From NCBI GenBank assembly GCA_032718475.1, contig JAUCBJ010006788.1:1-33470 (forward strand): a stretch of 33,470 nt of DNA. Direction: 5' to 3'. This DNA is from Nemertoderma westbladi. Taxonomy: Eukaryota; Animalia; Xenacoelomorpha. Each line of letters opens with the position of its first letter. Position 1 is the stretch's first letter. Below the pieces are notes generated by a model. That model was given only the letters and a program-made list of their open reading frames with translations, searched no databases and had not been told where the DNA came from. The translations under genes and the position numbers were made by a program. Shown piece after piece: positions 11,411 to 21,383 of the stretch.

Positions 11411-14400
11411 AAGATTACTGGCACAAAGGGGAGCAAGAGAATCTACGCTATTCTAGATTCAGCCTCATCTCACAGCTACGTGGATGAAAAGATAGCTGAT
11501 GTAGTGACGGATCTCAGACAAGGTAAGCGCGTCAGTTACACCATAAGTAATATGCACGGACAACGTGCAATACCAGTGACACGAGTTAAGTTATACTTAG
11601 ACACTCTTCTTCCGAAATCGCAACACAGCGAAAAGGAGAGGTCTTTGTTACCCTTTAAGGATTTGACTTTTGCGGCCACCAAGGACTTTAGTAACCTACT
11701 AGGTCCTGTCCCAGAACAATCCTTGGAGGACCGTAAGTATTTCAGACACCTTGGTGTACCTGAATGTCCTGTCAATTATAGATCGGTAGCAATGCTGATC
11801 GGGACAGACCAATTCAACCTACATCAAGTGTGGGAAACCAGACCATCGGCAGTCGTAGCAGGAAATGCATACGCCTGCAGAACGCCGATAGGTTGGTTTA
11901 CTCGAGCGCCTGTGCGCACACTGGATATAAGTGACGAGGAAGACGATATACAAAGTACATGTAGTTTATTAACTACAACGTCGACTCATTCCTTTTCACA
12001 CGATGTAGACTATACTACACTACATTCGACAAAACACGACAGACGTGTAACTAGTATGATAAGTCACAAGGAGCAGCTAATCCACCAGGTGAGTTTAGAA
12101 CTTGGGGAGAAGACGAGTCAGCCAGAGATTCCATTGACGACAGATGATAACGCCGGAAGGCTTGCGAGTCTACCTACCCCAATAACCTCAACAATACCCG
12201 TCGATATCGATGACGACGCGTTAAGAAACCATCAAGTGGAACAAGCTGCACTGGACAAAGAATTAACGGAGAAGACTATCAGGTGGTTAGAACAAGATAC
12301 AGCCGAACCTGGTAGCTACGAACCATGTATGTCGGAACAGGAGAAACAATCTCTGAAGATCATGGAAGATACTATCCGCCAGACGAAAGACGGACATTAT
12401 GAGGTAGGGATGTTATGGCGTAGCCAAAGTCCTAAACTCATAAATAACTACCCGTTAGCTTTAAGACGACTACACTCAATACGACAACGTCTATTAAAGG
12501 ACGAGAAAGCCCATCTGCAGTATAACACTCAGATGGAGACGTATTTGACCAAGGGATACGCTATCCGAATGACTAATCCGGAGATAGTGACTGACCAGAC
12601 ATATTACTTGCCACATCACTTTGTGAGACACCCCGATAAACCAGACAAAGTACGTGTAGTCAATGACTGTGCGGCTCTGTTTGAGGGAATGTCCCTCAAT
12701 AGTGAGTTGATGGATGGACCAAACATGAATAATTATCTTATGGGGGTGATTATGCGCTTCCGTCAGCGTCAAGTAGCCTTTACTTGTGACGTTGAAGCGA
12801 TGTTTCACCAAGTGAGAGCGTTAGAGCGAGACAGAGACAGTTTGAGGTTCCTCTGGTATCCGGAAGGAGACTTAAGTCTACCACCGGCGACTTACCAAAT
12901 GCAAGTTCGCGTTTTCGGTGCCAGGGACAGCCCAAACTGCACGATGTACGCCCTAAAACAAGCCGCTAGGGATCAGAAACACATGTATGACCCAGAGATA
13001 ATTAACATAGTAGAACGTGACTTTTACGTAGACGACGGTCTACAGAGTTGTGACACAGTAGAACGTGCTATAACAGTAGCACTTCAATTATGGGACTGCT
13101 TAGCGGGTGGAGGTTTTAACCTCACCAAATTCGCCTCAAACAGTGCCGAATTAGTAGACTCATTCGGAACGACTGAGCGTGGAGGTGGTGACATAGACCT
13201 AGAGTTCGAACCACTACCGACGACCAAGGTGTTGGGGCTCTTTTGGGACCCAAACACGGACAACTTTCGAGTGAGAGTGAGACTGGACAGTCAAGAAAAC
13301 ACACTGACAAAGAGATCATGCTTGTCAAAATTGAGCCGATTGTTCGATCCATTAGGATTCATCAGTCCAATAATACTGCAAGCCCGCATTTATATGCGCA
13401 TTATCTGGAAGGATGGACTGACATGGGACGAGCCGATCTCATCAGACCAAGTGGACTTATGGAAAACCTGGGAGGCAGAATTATCTTCGCTAGAGGATTA
13501 TTCCATACCCAGAGTCTACTTTCCATTACAAACAACATTTCCTGACAACTTGGAATTACATTGTTTTTCCGACGCCAGTGACAACGGATTTGGTGTGGCA
13601 GCGTACTTGCGCAGACAAGTAGACTCAGAAGAATTCGATGTTTCGCTCATTACTTCTAAGGCAAAAACAATGCCTACTAAGTATATGACGACACCACGAG
13701 CTGAGCTACAAGCCGCAACCCTGTCAACCACAATCGTGAACCTTATACAGATAGAACTACAGTCAAGTTTACAGATATTTTATTGGACTGACGCGACGTT
13801 GGTTTTATTTTACATAAACAACGACACACTTGAATTCAAGACATTCGTAGCTAACCGTCGCGCAGAAATTCTAGACCGTTCAATAAAAGAGGATTGGCGA
13901 CATTGTCCCGGACCACAAAACCCAGCTGATATTGCGTCGCGAGGAATGATGCCTGAGGAATTCTGTAAATCGGAGAACAAAGAATTTTGGCAACACGGAC
14001 CACAATTCTTACAAAGATCAACACTACATTGGCCGCCATTATATGACAACAAGTCTAACACCATCCCTAAGGACGCCGAAATCAAGAAACCAAAAAAGGA
14101 GAAGGCAAAGAAAAGGACGACGGCGGCTAAACTTAAGAAAAAACCGAAGGCGAAATGGAAGGATATAACTTCAAAGGTCAAGAATGGAAGACTTGCGAGC
14201 CTTTCTACACCAGACGTATCGCCAGACGGTCAACCAGACATGTTACTAGACAGCCAACCAGACATTTTGCCAGACATATCACAAAATGTTCAACAAGACA
14301 CTAGTAACATATTGATAAACAGTAAAGCCGCAGTTTCTCTATTGGAGCGGCCTTCTATTGACAAACAACCAGATACGTTACCAGACGTATCGCCAGACAC

Positions 14401-14503
14401 GTTACTAGACGGTCAACCAGACGTTTTGCCAGACACGTCACTAGATATTTCGCCGGATGTTCGCGAAACATTTTACCAGACATGTCACAAAATGTTCTAC
14501 TAG
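11411..14503 (+). CDS. pol: BEL/Pao pol, part 1: aspartic protease, reverse transcriptase, RNase H
   Basis: The frame is open upstream of the GTG call and reads KRIYAILDSASSHSYV (protease). Also LIGTD, YYLPHH, KVRVVND, SLNSELMDGP, DVEAMFHQV, FGARDSP, FYVDD, FDPLG, LHCFSDAS, PRAELQAA, WTDA, FVANR and NPADIASRG. Confidence 0.97.
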   Translation, partial: KITGTKGSKRIYAILDSASSHSYVDEKIADVVTDLRQGKRVSYTISNMHGQRAIPVTRVKLYLDTLLPKSQHSEKERSLLPFKDLTFAATKDFSNLLGPVPEQSLEDRKYFRHLGVPECPVNYRSVAMLIGTDQFNLHQVWETRPSAVVAGNAYACRTPIGWFTRAPVRTLDISDEEDDIQSTCSLLTTTSTHSFSHDVDYTTLHSTKHDRRVTSMISHKEQLIHQVSLELGEKTSQPEIPLTTDDNAGRLASLPTPITSTIPVDIDDDALRNHQVEQAALDKELTEKTIRWLEQDTAEPGSYEPCMSEQEKQSLKIMEDTIRQTKDGHYEVGMLWRSQSPKLINNYPLALRRLHSIRQRLLKDEKAHLQYNTQMETYLTKGYAIRMTNPEIVTDQTYYLPHHFVRHPDKPDKVRVVNDCAALFEGMSLNSELMDGPNMNNYLMGVIMRFRQRQVAFTCDVEAMFHQVRALERDRDSLRFLWYPEGDLSLPPATYQMQVRVFGARDSPNCTMYALKQAARDQKHMYDPEIINIVERDFYVDDGLQSCDTVERAITVALQLWDCLAGGGFNLTKFASNSAELVDSFGTTERGGGDIDLEFEPLPTTKVLGLFWDPNTDNFRVRVRLDSQENTLTKRSCLSKLSRLFDPLGFISPIILQARIYMRIIWKDGLTWDEPISSDQVDLWKTWEAELSSLEDYSIPRVYFPLQTTFPDNLELHCFSDASDNGFGVAAYLRRQVDSEEFDVSLITSKAKTMPTKYMTTPRAELQAATLSTTIVNLIQIELQSSLQIFYWTDATLVLFYINNDTLEFKTFVANRRAEILDRSIKEDWRHCPGPQNPADIASRGMMPEEFCKSENKEFWQHGPQFLQRSTLHWPPLYDNKSNTIPKDAEIKKPKKEKAKKRTTAAKLKKKPKAKWKDITSKVKNGRLASLSTPDVSPDGQPDMLLDSQPDILPDISQNVQQDTSNILINSKAAVSLLERPSIDKQPDTLPDVSPDTLLDGQPDVLPDTSLDISPDVRETFYQTCHKMFY

Positions 14504-16476
14504 ACACTAGTAACATATTGACAAATAGTAAAGCCGCAGTTTCCCTATTGGAGCGGCCTTGTATTGACAAACTACCAATTTTGACACACTTGAGCAACCA
14601 TAAGCACGGTGAAACCTCATGTATTACAGATGTGGGTAGTACCTACGCTAATGTAAATACAGGTGTTACTTTGCGCTCAAGAGACATACCAAACTCGCAA
14701 CCTATGGTGAAACCTGGGATTAATATCGGTAGAAAAATAAGTTTACCGAAACCCACTGACCCCATAGAGTTCAAACCACCATTAACGATCGACTTACGAA
14801 GTACTGACAATCAAGGTAAGAAGACGAAGAAGGACAAATTACTTGTAGACCCGGACGGATCAACAGTCAACAAGGGAATACTTACCGGCGGACCCGTGGG
14901 CCCTTCTAGTAAATCAAAACCTTCCAAATTCTCCATTGACTTACCTGATGACGTCACTAATACTCACGTCGACCGTATTGTAAACCTAACAGATACTTGG
15001 ATAAACGCTTGCCGAAAATTAGCGTGGATTGTACGTTTTGTACAATACGTTAAAGGCAAACGAGACTTTACACGTCGACTTACATTGACTGAGATTGACA
15101 GGTGTGAGATTAAATTAATTCGCCATTATCAATTGCGATATTTCGCACGCGAATTCACATCTATAAGTCAAGGTCAACCAATCAAGTCGTCACCAATACT
15201 GAGTTGGAGTCCGATTATTTATAATGGCTTAATTTGTCATAAATCTCGGCTTCAAAACATTGACTTTAACACAAACTTTAGGTACCCAATAATAATACCG
15301 CAACACCACGAACTACAACGTGCAATGATACTGGACGCACATTTACATCTGAAACACGCTGGAAGACACCACTGTCTTTCCTACTTACGTACAAGATTTG
15401 TATTAATTAGACCCAGTAAAGCGTTAAGTTCAGTGACACGTACGTGTATTATTTGTAAAAAGGTACATTCTAGAATAGGTACCCAAGTAATGAGTGAACT
15501 TCCACAAGCACGACTTCAAGCATTCAGACCACCTTTTACAGAGACTGGAATTGATTGCTTTGGTCCCATACATACGAAACGTGGACGTATACTAGTAAAA
15601 TGCTGGGGACTGATTTTCACATGTATGTCCAGTAGGGCAGTTCATATTGAACGTGTGATGGATCTTTCCACCAATGCGTTTATACTAGCATTGCGGCGAT
15701 TTATCGCTAGACGCGGACTAGTGAAATGCTTGTACTCAGACCAAGGGACAAACTTTGTTGGTGCTCGAAATGAGATTGCTAGAGCCTTTAAGAAATTAGA
15801 TCATGATCAAATCTCAAACGAACTACAACCTCACAAGATTGTTTGGAAGTTTAATCCTCCAGATAGTCCATGGAGAGGCGGAGTCTGGGAGAGATTGATT
15901 AGATCTATAAAGACAGCCATGGCAAAGGTCATTCCAGTAAACCACATATTGACAGACGACCAACTGACAACACTGTTTGTTGAAATCGAGGCAATACTAA
16001 ATACTAGACCAATAGTATTAGTACCCGATGACAAACAATCTCAGTTTGCTTTGACACCGGCACACCTGCTTATGCAGGCACCGACGACTTTGACGCCTAT
16101 TTCTATTCCAATAGAAAGCGATAGCTACGGTAGAAAAGCGTGGAAAATCATGCAACTACTGGCTAACAAATTCTGGGAAATATGGCAAAACCATTATTTG
16201 CCCTCTATTTCTGCCAGAACAACATGGTACAATAACACCCGCGCATTAAAGCCGGGAGACCACGTGCTGTTAGCAGAAGTGAATCTAAAAAGACGCTTCT
16301 GGATAACAGGTGTAATTTTAGCCACTCATCCATCTATGGATGGAGTGACAAGAACTGTGACGGTACGGACAATTGACGGTCGTACAGTAGACAGACCGAC
16401 TCAACGTCTCGTACTTCTTGAAGAGACTCCTAACGAGTCTGGAGACTACAAATCTCCAACTAGTATTAGTAAATAA
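14482..16476 (+). CDS. pol: BEL/Pao pol, part 2: linker and integrase (frameshifted continuation)
   Basis: Zn motif H-x4-H...CIIC; catalytic core TGIDCFGP, RAVHIE, YSDQGTNFVG and GGVWERLI; EAILNTRP, LTPAHLL, and a BEL-type C-terminal domain. The frameshift lies in the duplicated linker at ~14460. Confidence 0.97.
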   Translation: MSQNVLLDTSNILTNSKAAVSLLERPCIDKLPILTHLSNHKHGETSCITDVGSTYANVNTGVTLRSRDIPNSQPMVKPGINIGRKISLPKPTDPIEFKPPLTIDLRSTDNQGKKTKKDKLLVDPDGSTVNKGILTGGPVGPSSKSKPSKFSIDLPDDVTNTHVDRIVNLTDTWINACRKLAWIVRFVQYVKGKRDFTRRLTLTEIDRCEIKLIRHYQLRYFAREFTSISQGQPIKSSPILSWSPIIYNGLICHKSRLQNIDFNTNFRYPIIIPQHHELQRAMILDAHLHLKHAGRHHCLSYLRTRFVLIRPSKALSSVTRTCIICKKVHSRIGTQVMSELPQARLQAFRPPFTETGIDCFGPIHTKRGRILVKCWGLIFTCMSSRAVHIERVMDLSTNAFILALRRFIARRGLVKCLYSDQGTNFVGARNEIARAFKKLDHDQISNELQPHKIVWKFNPPDSPWRGGVWERLIRSIKTAMAKVIPVNHILTDDQLTTLFVEIEAILNTRPIVLVPDDKQSQFALTPAHLLMQAPTTLTPISIPIESDSYGRKAWKIMQLLANKFWEIWQNHYLPSISARTTWYNNTRALKPGDHVLLAEVNLKRRFWITGVILATHPSMDGVTRTVTVRTIDGRTVDRPTQRLVLLEETPNESGDYKSPTSISK

Positions 16477-17137
16477 TTAGGAGTTTACAAATAGATTTCC
16501 ACGTACCTGTACACCGTAATAAGGACAGCGGTAGAATTCCATTGTCTTTATATGTGAACATTGAGGGTGGTACCCTTATGTGTCACATAGGAGCGGGATT
16601 TGTAGGTATAAGAAATGGAATTCTACTTGGAACTCACAATATTGAGACATTTTCGAAAATTTAGACAATCCATTTGGATTTGAAAAATTTTTAAAATTTT
16701 CTCCAGTGAATAGATTTCAGGGTACAGTCGGGTGGAACTTAAAATTAGAGAAACAAGAGAGGAAGACTTGCGAGCCTTTCTTAAAATTTTAATTAAATTT
16801 TACACGGTCTTGTTTCAATAAGTTACGTCAATAAATAGACTCCCCTATATTTATTACTAATTCTTGACTGCTTATTTTCTGATAATAGTTTGGGATCAAA
16901 AGGTGAGTATTTTAGACTCACAGCCAGTTTAGCCCAAATTCGTTTTTATTTCGGCAAAAAATTTTAGATAAGAAGCAGCGTGTCATTAAAGAAACCCTAG
17001 ATCTTAGGCTATGGGTAGGAGGTTAGAGCGTTGTCGAGCCAAAAGGGCAGACGAAACTCTCACGTCTCCTCACAACTAACTACAAACTCTGTTGTATTCC
17101 CTCTAGTAGTAATGATTATGTAACTACACCCCTAATT

Positions 17138-20017
17138 ATGGAGAAAGGGATACAAGGAGAGCCGAGATGGGGATATGATATCCAAGAGTAGGCAGCAGCG
17201 CCATTCGAAAGATTTGGAGCCAAGGACTACACTATATTTGGTATAAAAGAATTATCAGAAAGTACAGCGAAACTCGCGAGAACTAAATATGACTCAAATG
17301 TATTAAAGAGAAGACAAAATGCATTAAATGAAAGAATCGAAAGTTTGCGCAAAACCTTCAATGAACTGTACCCGTACGACGCTTTGTGTGATACGGGAGA
17401 CATTAGCGAAGACCCCGATACTGAAATTAGTCGTTTGTATCATACCATGCAATACCTAAAGGCGCACGAACCTATGCCCGCGGTACGAGATGAATTCGAT
17501 GGAATGCACCTTTACAGACGAACTCGAGGGGACGATAGAGAAACCAAGGAAGCATTTTCAGTTTATAAACTTTATTATCAATGCGGTTCTTGTATGCGCG
17601 AACAACGAAATGCGATTCCGATGCGCTTGAATAAGGAAAATCCCGAACCGATATTGGCGAGGTGTTCGAATCATCAACAACTACGCTACCAGGAAGGAGG
17701 GTATCCTTTATCGAATCCATATCATTCGTTTGCTATGACTGGACCAAAGGCGGGAGAAACTGTCATTTACCCACCTAAGGTTGTTGAACCCGATGTATTT
17801 GAACTTACGCTGGACGAGGCGAATCAGTCAACCCGCGAAAAGAAAGAAGCTCTTAGCCTATACAGAGCCTACAAGGCTTTCGAGAAAGGTGAGATGGAAG
17901 AATGGGGCGGAAGACTCGCGAGCCTACCTTACCATTGGACGTCACACGATCAAACTCCAGCTAAGGAGATGACACCGGAAGTTTTCGAGAGCATAAACTT
18001 TGCTCAAAACGTTATTCAGAGACTACAGATTGCATCCCCGGAAAGGACAAGAGAAATGCAACCATATAGTACTTCAACTACGAAACCATTGAGTACGACA
18101 CTCAATTTTCCTATTAGTATACCAGTCCGACAGGATACGACGTACGAAATACCCATCGTGGATCATCCAGAAATCATTTCAAACTTGGAGTTTCTTCCTG
18201 CAGTTGTTTTCAGCGATATGAGTAAGATATATGATTTACGTAGACATATTACTCAAAAGGTCGTGTACAACGTCCCACCTCATATTCAAGACTTTAAGGA
18301 ACTGGATAGAGCTGGTGCCGATATAGCTCCGAGTAATTTGAAAGGATATTTAACCAAGACGATTCGTTTATGGATTGGAATCGGAACCTTCGAGTCGGAT
18401 ACAGATATTGCCGCGGATTGGCGAGGTAAGGTTATTCGTTTCGAAGATGATAAGGACATAGAGAAGATTTGGCAACCTTCGGAAGAATTGTTGGATGAAT
18501 GGAATAGGACGTTTAGATCGTTCCAGGAAAATGGTTACATGTTTTACGATAACGAGAGCGGCAGTCATCAACAGAGTTTGACTTCTAAGACTATACAAAT
18601 TAGAGCGGCGGACGGAGTCCTGCACGTTTTCAGTAGACAGAGGAGCGACAAACGAATGCCGATACCTCCAGCAAATACAAAGCGACACCATCTCATCACT
18701 GACATAGTAAAGAAGATGGACCAAGCTTGTAATATCGACGCTAGAATGCTACCGAAGATGGTAAGAAATATGATTTTAGATAAAACTGTTGTAAAGATTG
18801 GATCAGGAGTAAGGGAGGACTTAATTAGCGACTTCGCTGGCATGACGGACAGCGATGACCGACTACCGACACCTTACGTCGACACTCGACCTCTTATTTT
18901 GTGGTCTATAGAACAGGGATATTTTCGTGAGTATAATACTCAGAAGACTGGAACCGGATACATTTCCTACCTGTTATTCAATTGGGATTATAAGGAAAGT
19001 AAGAGAACCAAGTATATTGAGACTTATGGAGAAGGTGATACTCCAGATATGAGTGAGTTTGAATCACAGCTTAAATGGAGAGGATGCGTGTATTGGGCTA
19101 TTACGTCACCTCCAAGAGCGGTCTTACAATATTATTTAGCAATAGAGTCATCAGTGAATGTTTGCCTAATCGCCGACATTGTGTCTCGGACTCTCAAAAG
19201 ACATCCACTTTGTCTCGGAGAAGATCATACATTCTACATGGAAGGGAGAATTCATACCGACGTGTTTAGACGATTCCTTGAACCCTTCTACAACTCCGAC
19301 GCTCAGTGTAATGCCTTTACTCGAGCAGGATTTAGTATATTTCGAGACGTGTATCTTCGCTGTGCGGGATCTCTTATCGAAAGACCATCTATGTTTACAT
19401 TGTTACCCTATGAAGGAGAACGTATCGTGGAGATTACGGATGAATCACGGCAGACGCGCGCGCCTATCGGTCACCTTGGTGATGATTTCGAAGTAACTAC
19501 TACGATCACTGACGATCCTTTAGAGGAACTTCTTGAGATAGAAAGGAACCTCCCGAAGAAATCTCAGACGGAGATTCGACAACTTGAAGCAACAGATGCT
19601 ATAGTTTGTATACAACCTTCAGAAACCTACCAACCCATAGATCCAGATGATTACGATTATAGTGTGGGAGGAAGCGCTCGACCGATTGGAGATCTTATAT
19701 ACGAACGAGTGTGGTACCCTGCCAATACGATGTGTGGTAAATGTGGCGTCGCTGGACATCATATGACAAAGTGCAGTGGAAAGCACATTACTACGACTCA
19801 GCTAATCTGTGGATGGTGTGGAGATCAAGGGTCTCATACCTTTTATACTTGCTGGAGATTTATGGCTCAATGTACTTATTGCAATATAAAAGGGCATCGA
19901 GCATCTGAATGCCAACTAAGAGACATACCTTATGAACACGAATCTGCAAAACTCGTGAGAAAATTATTAAAAAAAATTACGTTAAAAAATACGCACAAAG
20001 AAGACGATTTCCGATGA
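17138..20017 (+). CDS. Retrotransposon accessory protein: degenerate DEDDy (WRN/EXD/Mut-7-like) 3'-5' exonuclease fold plus three CCHC zinc knuckles
   Basis: 890-aa ORF at 17345-20017, with an in-frame ATG at 17138 separated by one TAG (17189). Exonuclease-like blocks at ~18360-19190: IGIGTFESD, TIQIRAADGVLHVF, LPKMVRNMILDKTVVKIGSGVREDL, YVDTRPL, GTGYISYLLF and QYYLAIES. Knuckles at 19733-19912: CGKCGVAGHHMTKC, CGWCGDQGSHTFYTC and CTYCNIKGHRASEC. Confidence 0.75.
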
Positions 20018-20831
20018 GGGCGCATCTTGGATTTTGGGCGGTAAATCCCCAAACGATGATGTCGGAAGGATACATCTCCGCTATGCCCCAATATGGCGAA
20101 CTTATCGAGGTAGTCGATATTTTGCCCCACGACAGTGGATTCCGAGTAGTGCGCGAGTATCTATTACAGATTCACCCGGATAACAAAAACACGTGGAATT
20201 TTCAGAAAGTCGTTAATCGCATCACGTATGGTGAATTCGATCGTTTCCGAACTGAAAAGCGGAATAAAGGAGCTTGGTTAACCGTCGCATGGGCGTACCG
20301 AGCCGCGTTTTACCACAAACGTATACGAGCGAGCGTATTCGAGGAAGAGGAGGTCCTAGAGGCGACAAATATACCAGCCACTCCGGTTGCGCCGTCTGGA
20401 CGTCACCCTCGGGAGGACGGACAGGGTAGGATCATACGGGTCCAGAAAGTGGGCCAACAGTTAAAGAAGTCTATTAATATAGAAGAACGCAAGGGAGCTG
20501 AGCCGACCATTCGAATTACTCGGGATACGGTATCACTTCCTAGAGAACCAACAGGAGGATCGGGACACACACCAGCTGATCAAAAGGGTCTGCGTCGTCC
20601 GCTTCCCGCGCGTTCCCAGACGTTCTACCAACTGTAGTGACAACTGATCGGTCACGAGGAATCGGTCGAGGTTTTGGGATGCCAAATAGACGAATTTGCG
20701 AGGAAATAGTCGCACAGTCTCTCAACGTCCCAAGTAAACCAGTGACTCGTCCCATTAGTCCCATATCACGAGCAAAGTCACCTGTGCGCAGTTTTCGAGG
20801 ACGCGGCAGGGCTCGATCAACTAAGCGATAA
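20014..20831 (+). CDS. Probable frameshifted C-terminal continuation of the accessory gene (or a small downstream ORF), basic and Arg-rich at its end
   Basis: ORF 20014-20637 overlaps the previous stop (ATGA) and ORF 20637-20831 abuts it. Coding-like composition continues to 20831, then drops to AT-rich UTR. It ends RSFRGRGRARSTKR. Confidence 0.55.
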
Positions 20832-21383
20832 AAGGGAGGGCAAGGGTGGACGGAAGACTCATGAGCCTTTCTTATAGTTTCATTTGTAAAGTGTTATATT
20901 TTGTATTTAGAAAGTTTTATAGTTAGAAAGTTTTGTGCTTAGAAAGACTCATATTTTGTAATTATTCCGAACTTATGCAATCTACATTTAGGCATGAAAG
21001 TATTTGTAATTATTTGAATTTATGCAATATTTGAGATGCAATAGTAGATGGAAGACTCGCGAGCCTTTCTTATTGTTTTCATTTATTTGTATTTGTAATT
21101 GTTTGAATTTATGCAATATTGAGATGCAATAGATTTATATTGGTGAATTTAATTTAGATTTATATTGTACTTACTTAGTAAAGCCTTAAATACGTAAAGT
21201 TTGAATTTGTAATTATTTTGTATCGAATCATTACGTAGAAAGGAAGTATTATTTGAAATTTAATTGTAAATATGTATTAGTAGGTATTAAGTATTAATAG
21301 GTACTAAGTATTCTATAGTTTGATTGATTATTGGTGAAAACCGTATATTTTATGCACAATAATATCCTGTTTTCATGGAGCGG

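Noticed and set aside
17268-17285. Seventh copy of the hairpin motif (AACTCGCGAGAA)
   Set aside because: Only the 8-bp core matches and the flanking stem is absent, so it could be chance.
17345-20017. Accessory ORF as env or as a relocated gag
   Set aside because: I saw no signal peptide or TM anchor for env. No BEL capsid-like region was recognised, and the knuckle spacing differs from the usual BEL Gag triple Cys-His array. A relocated gag is not fully excluded, because the 5' end of the element is missing.
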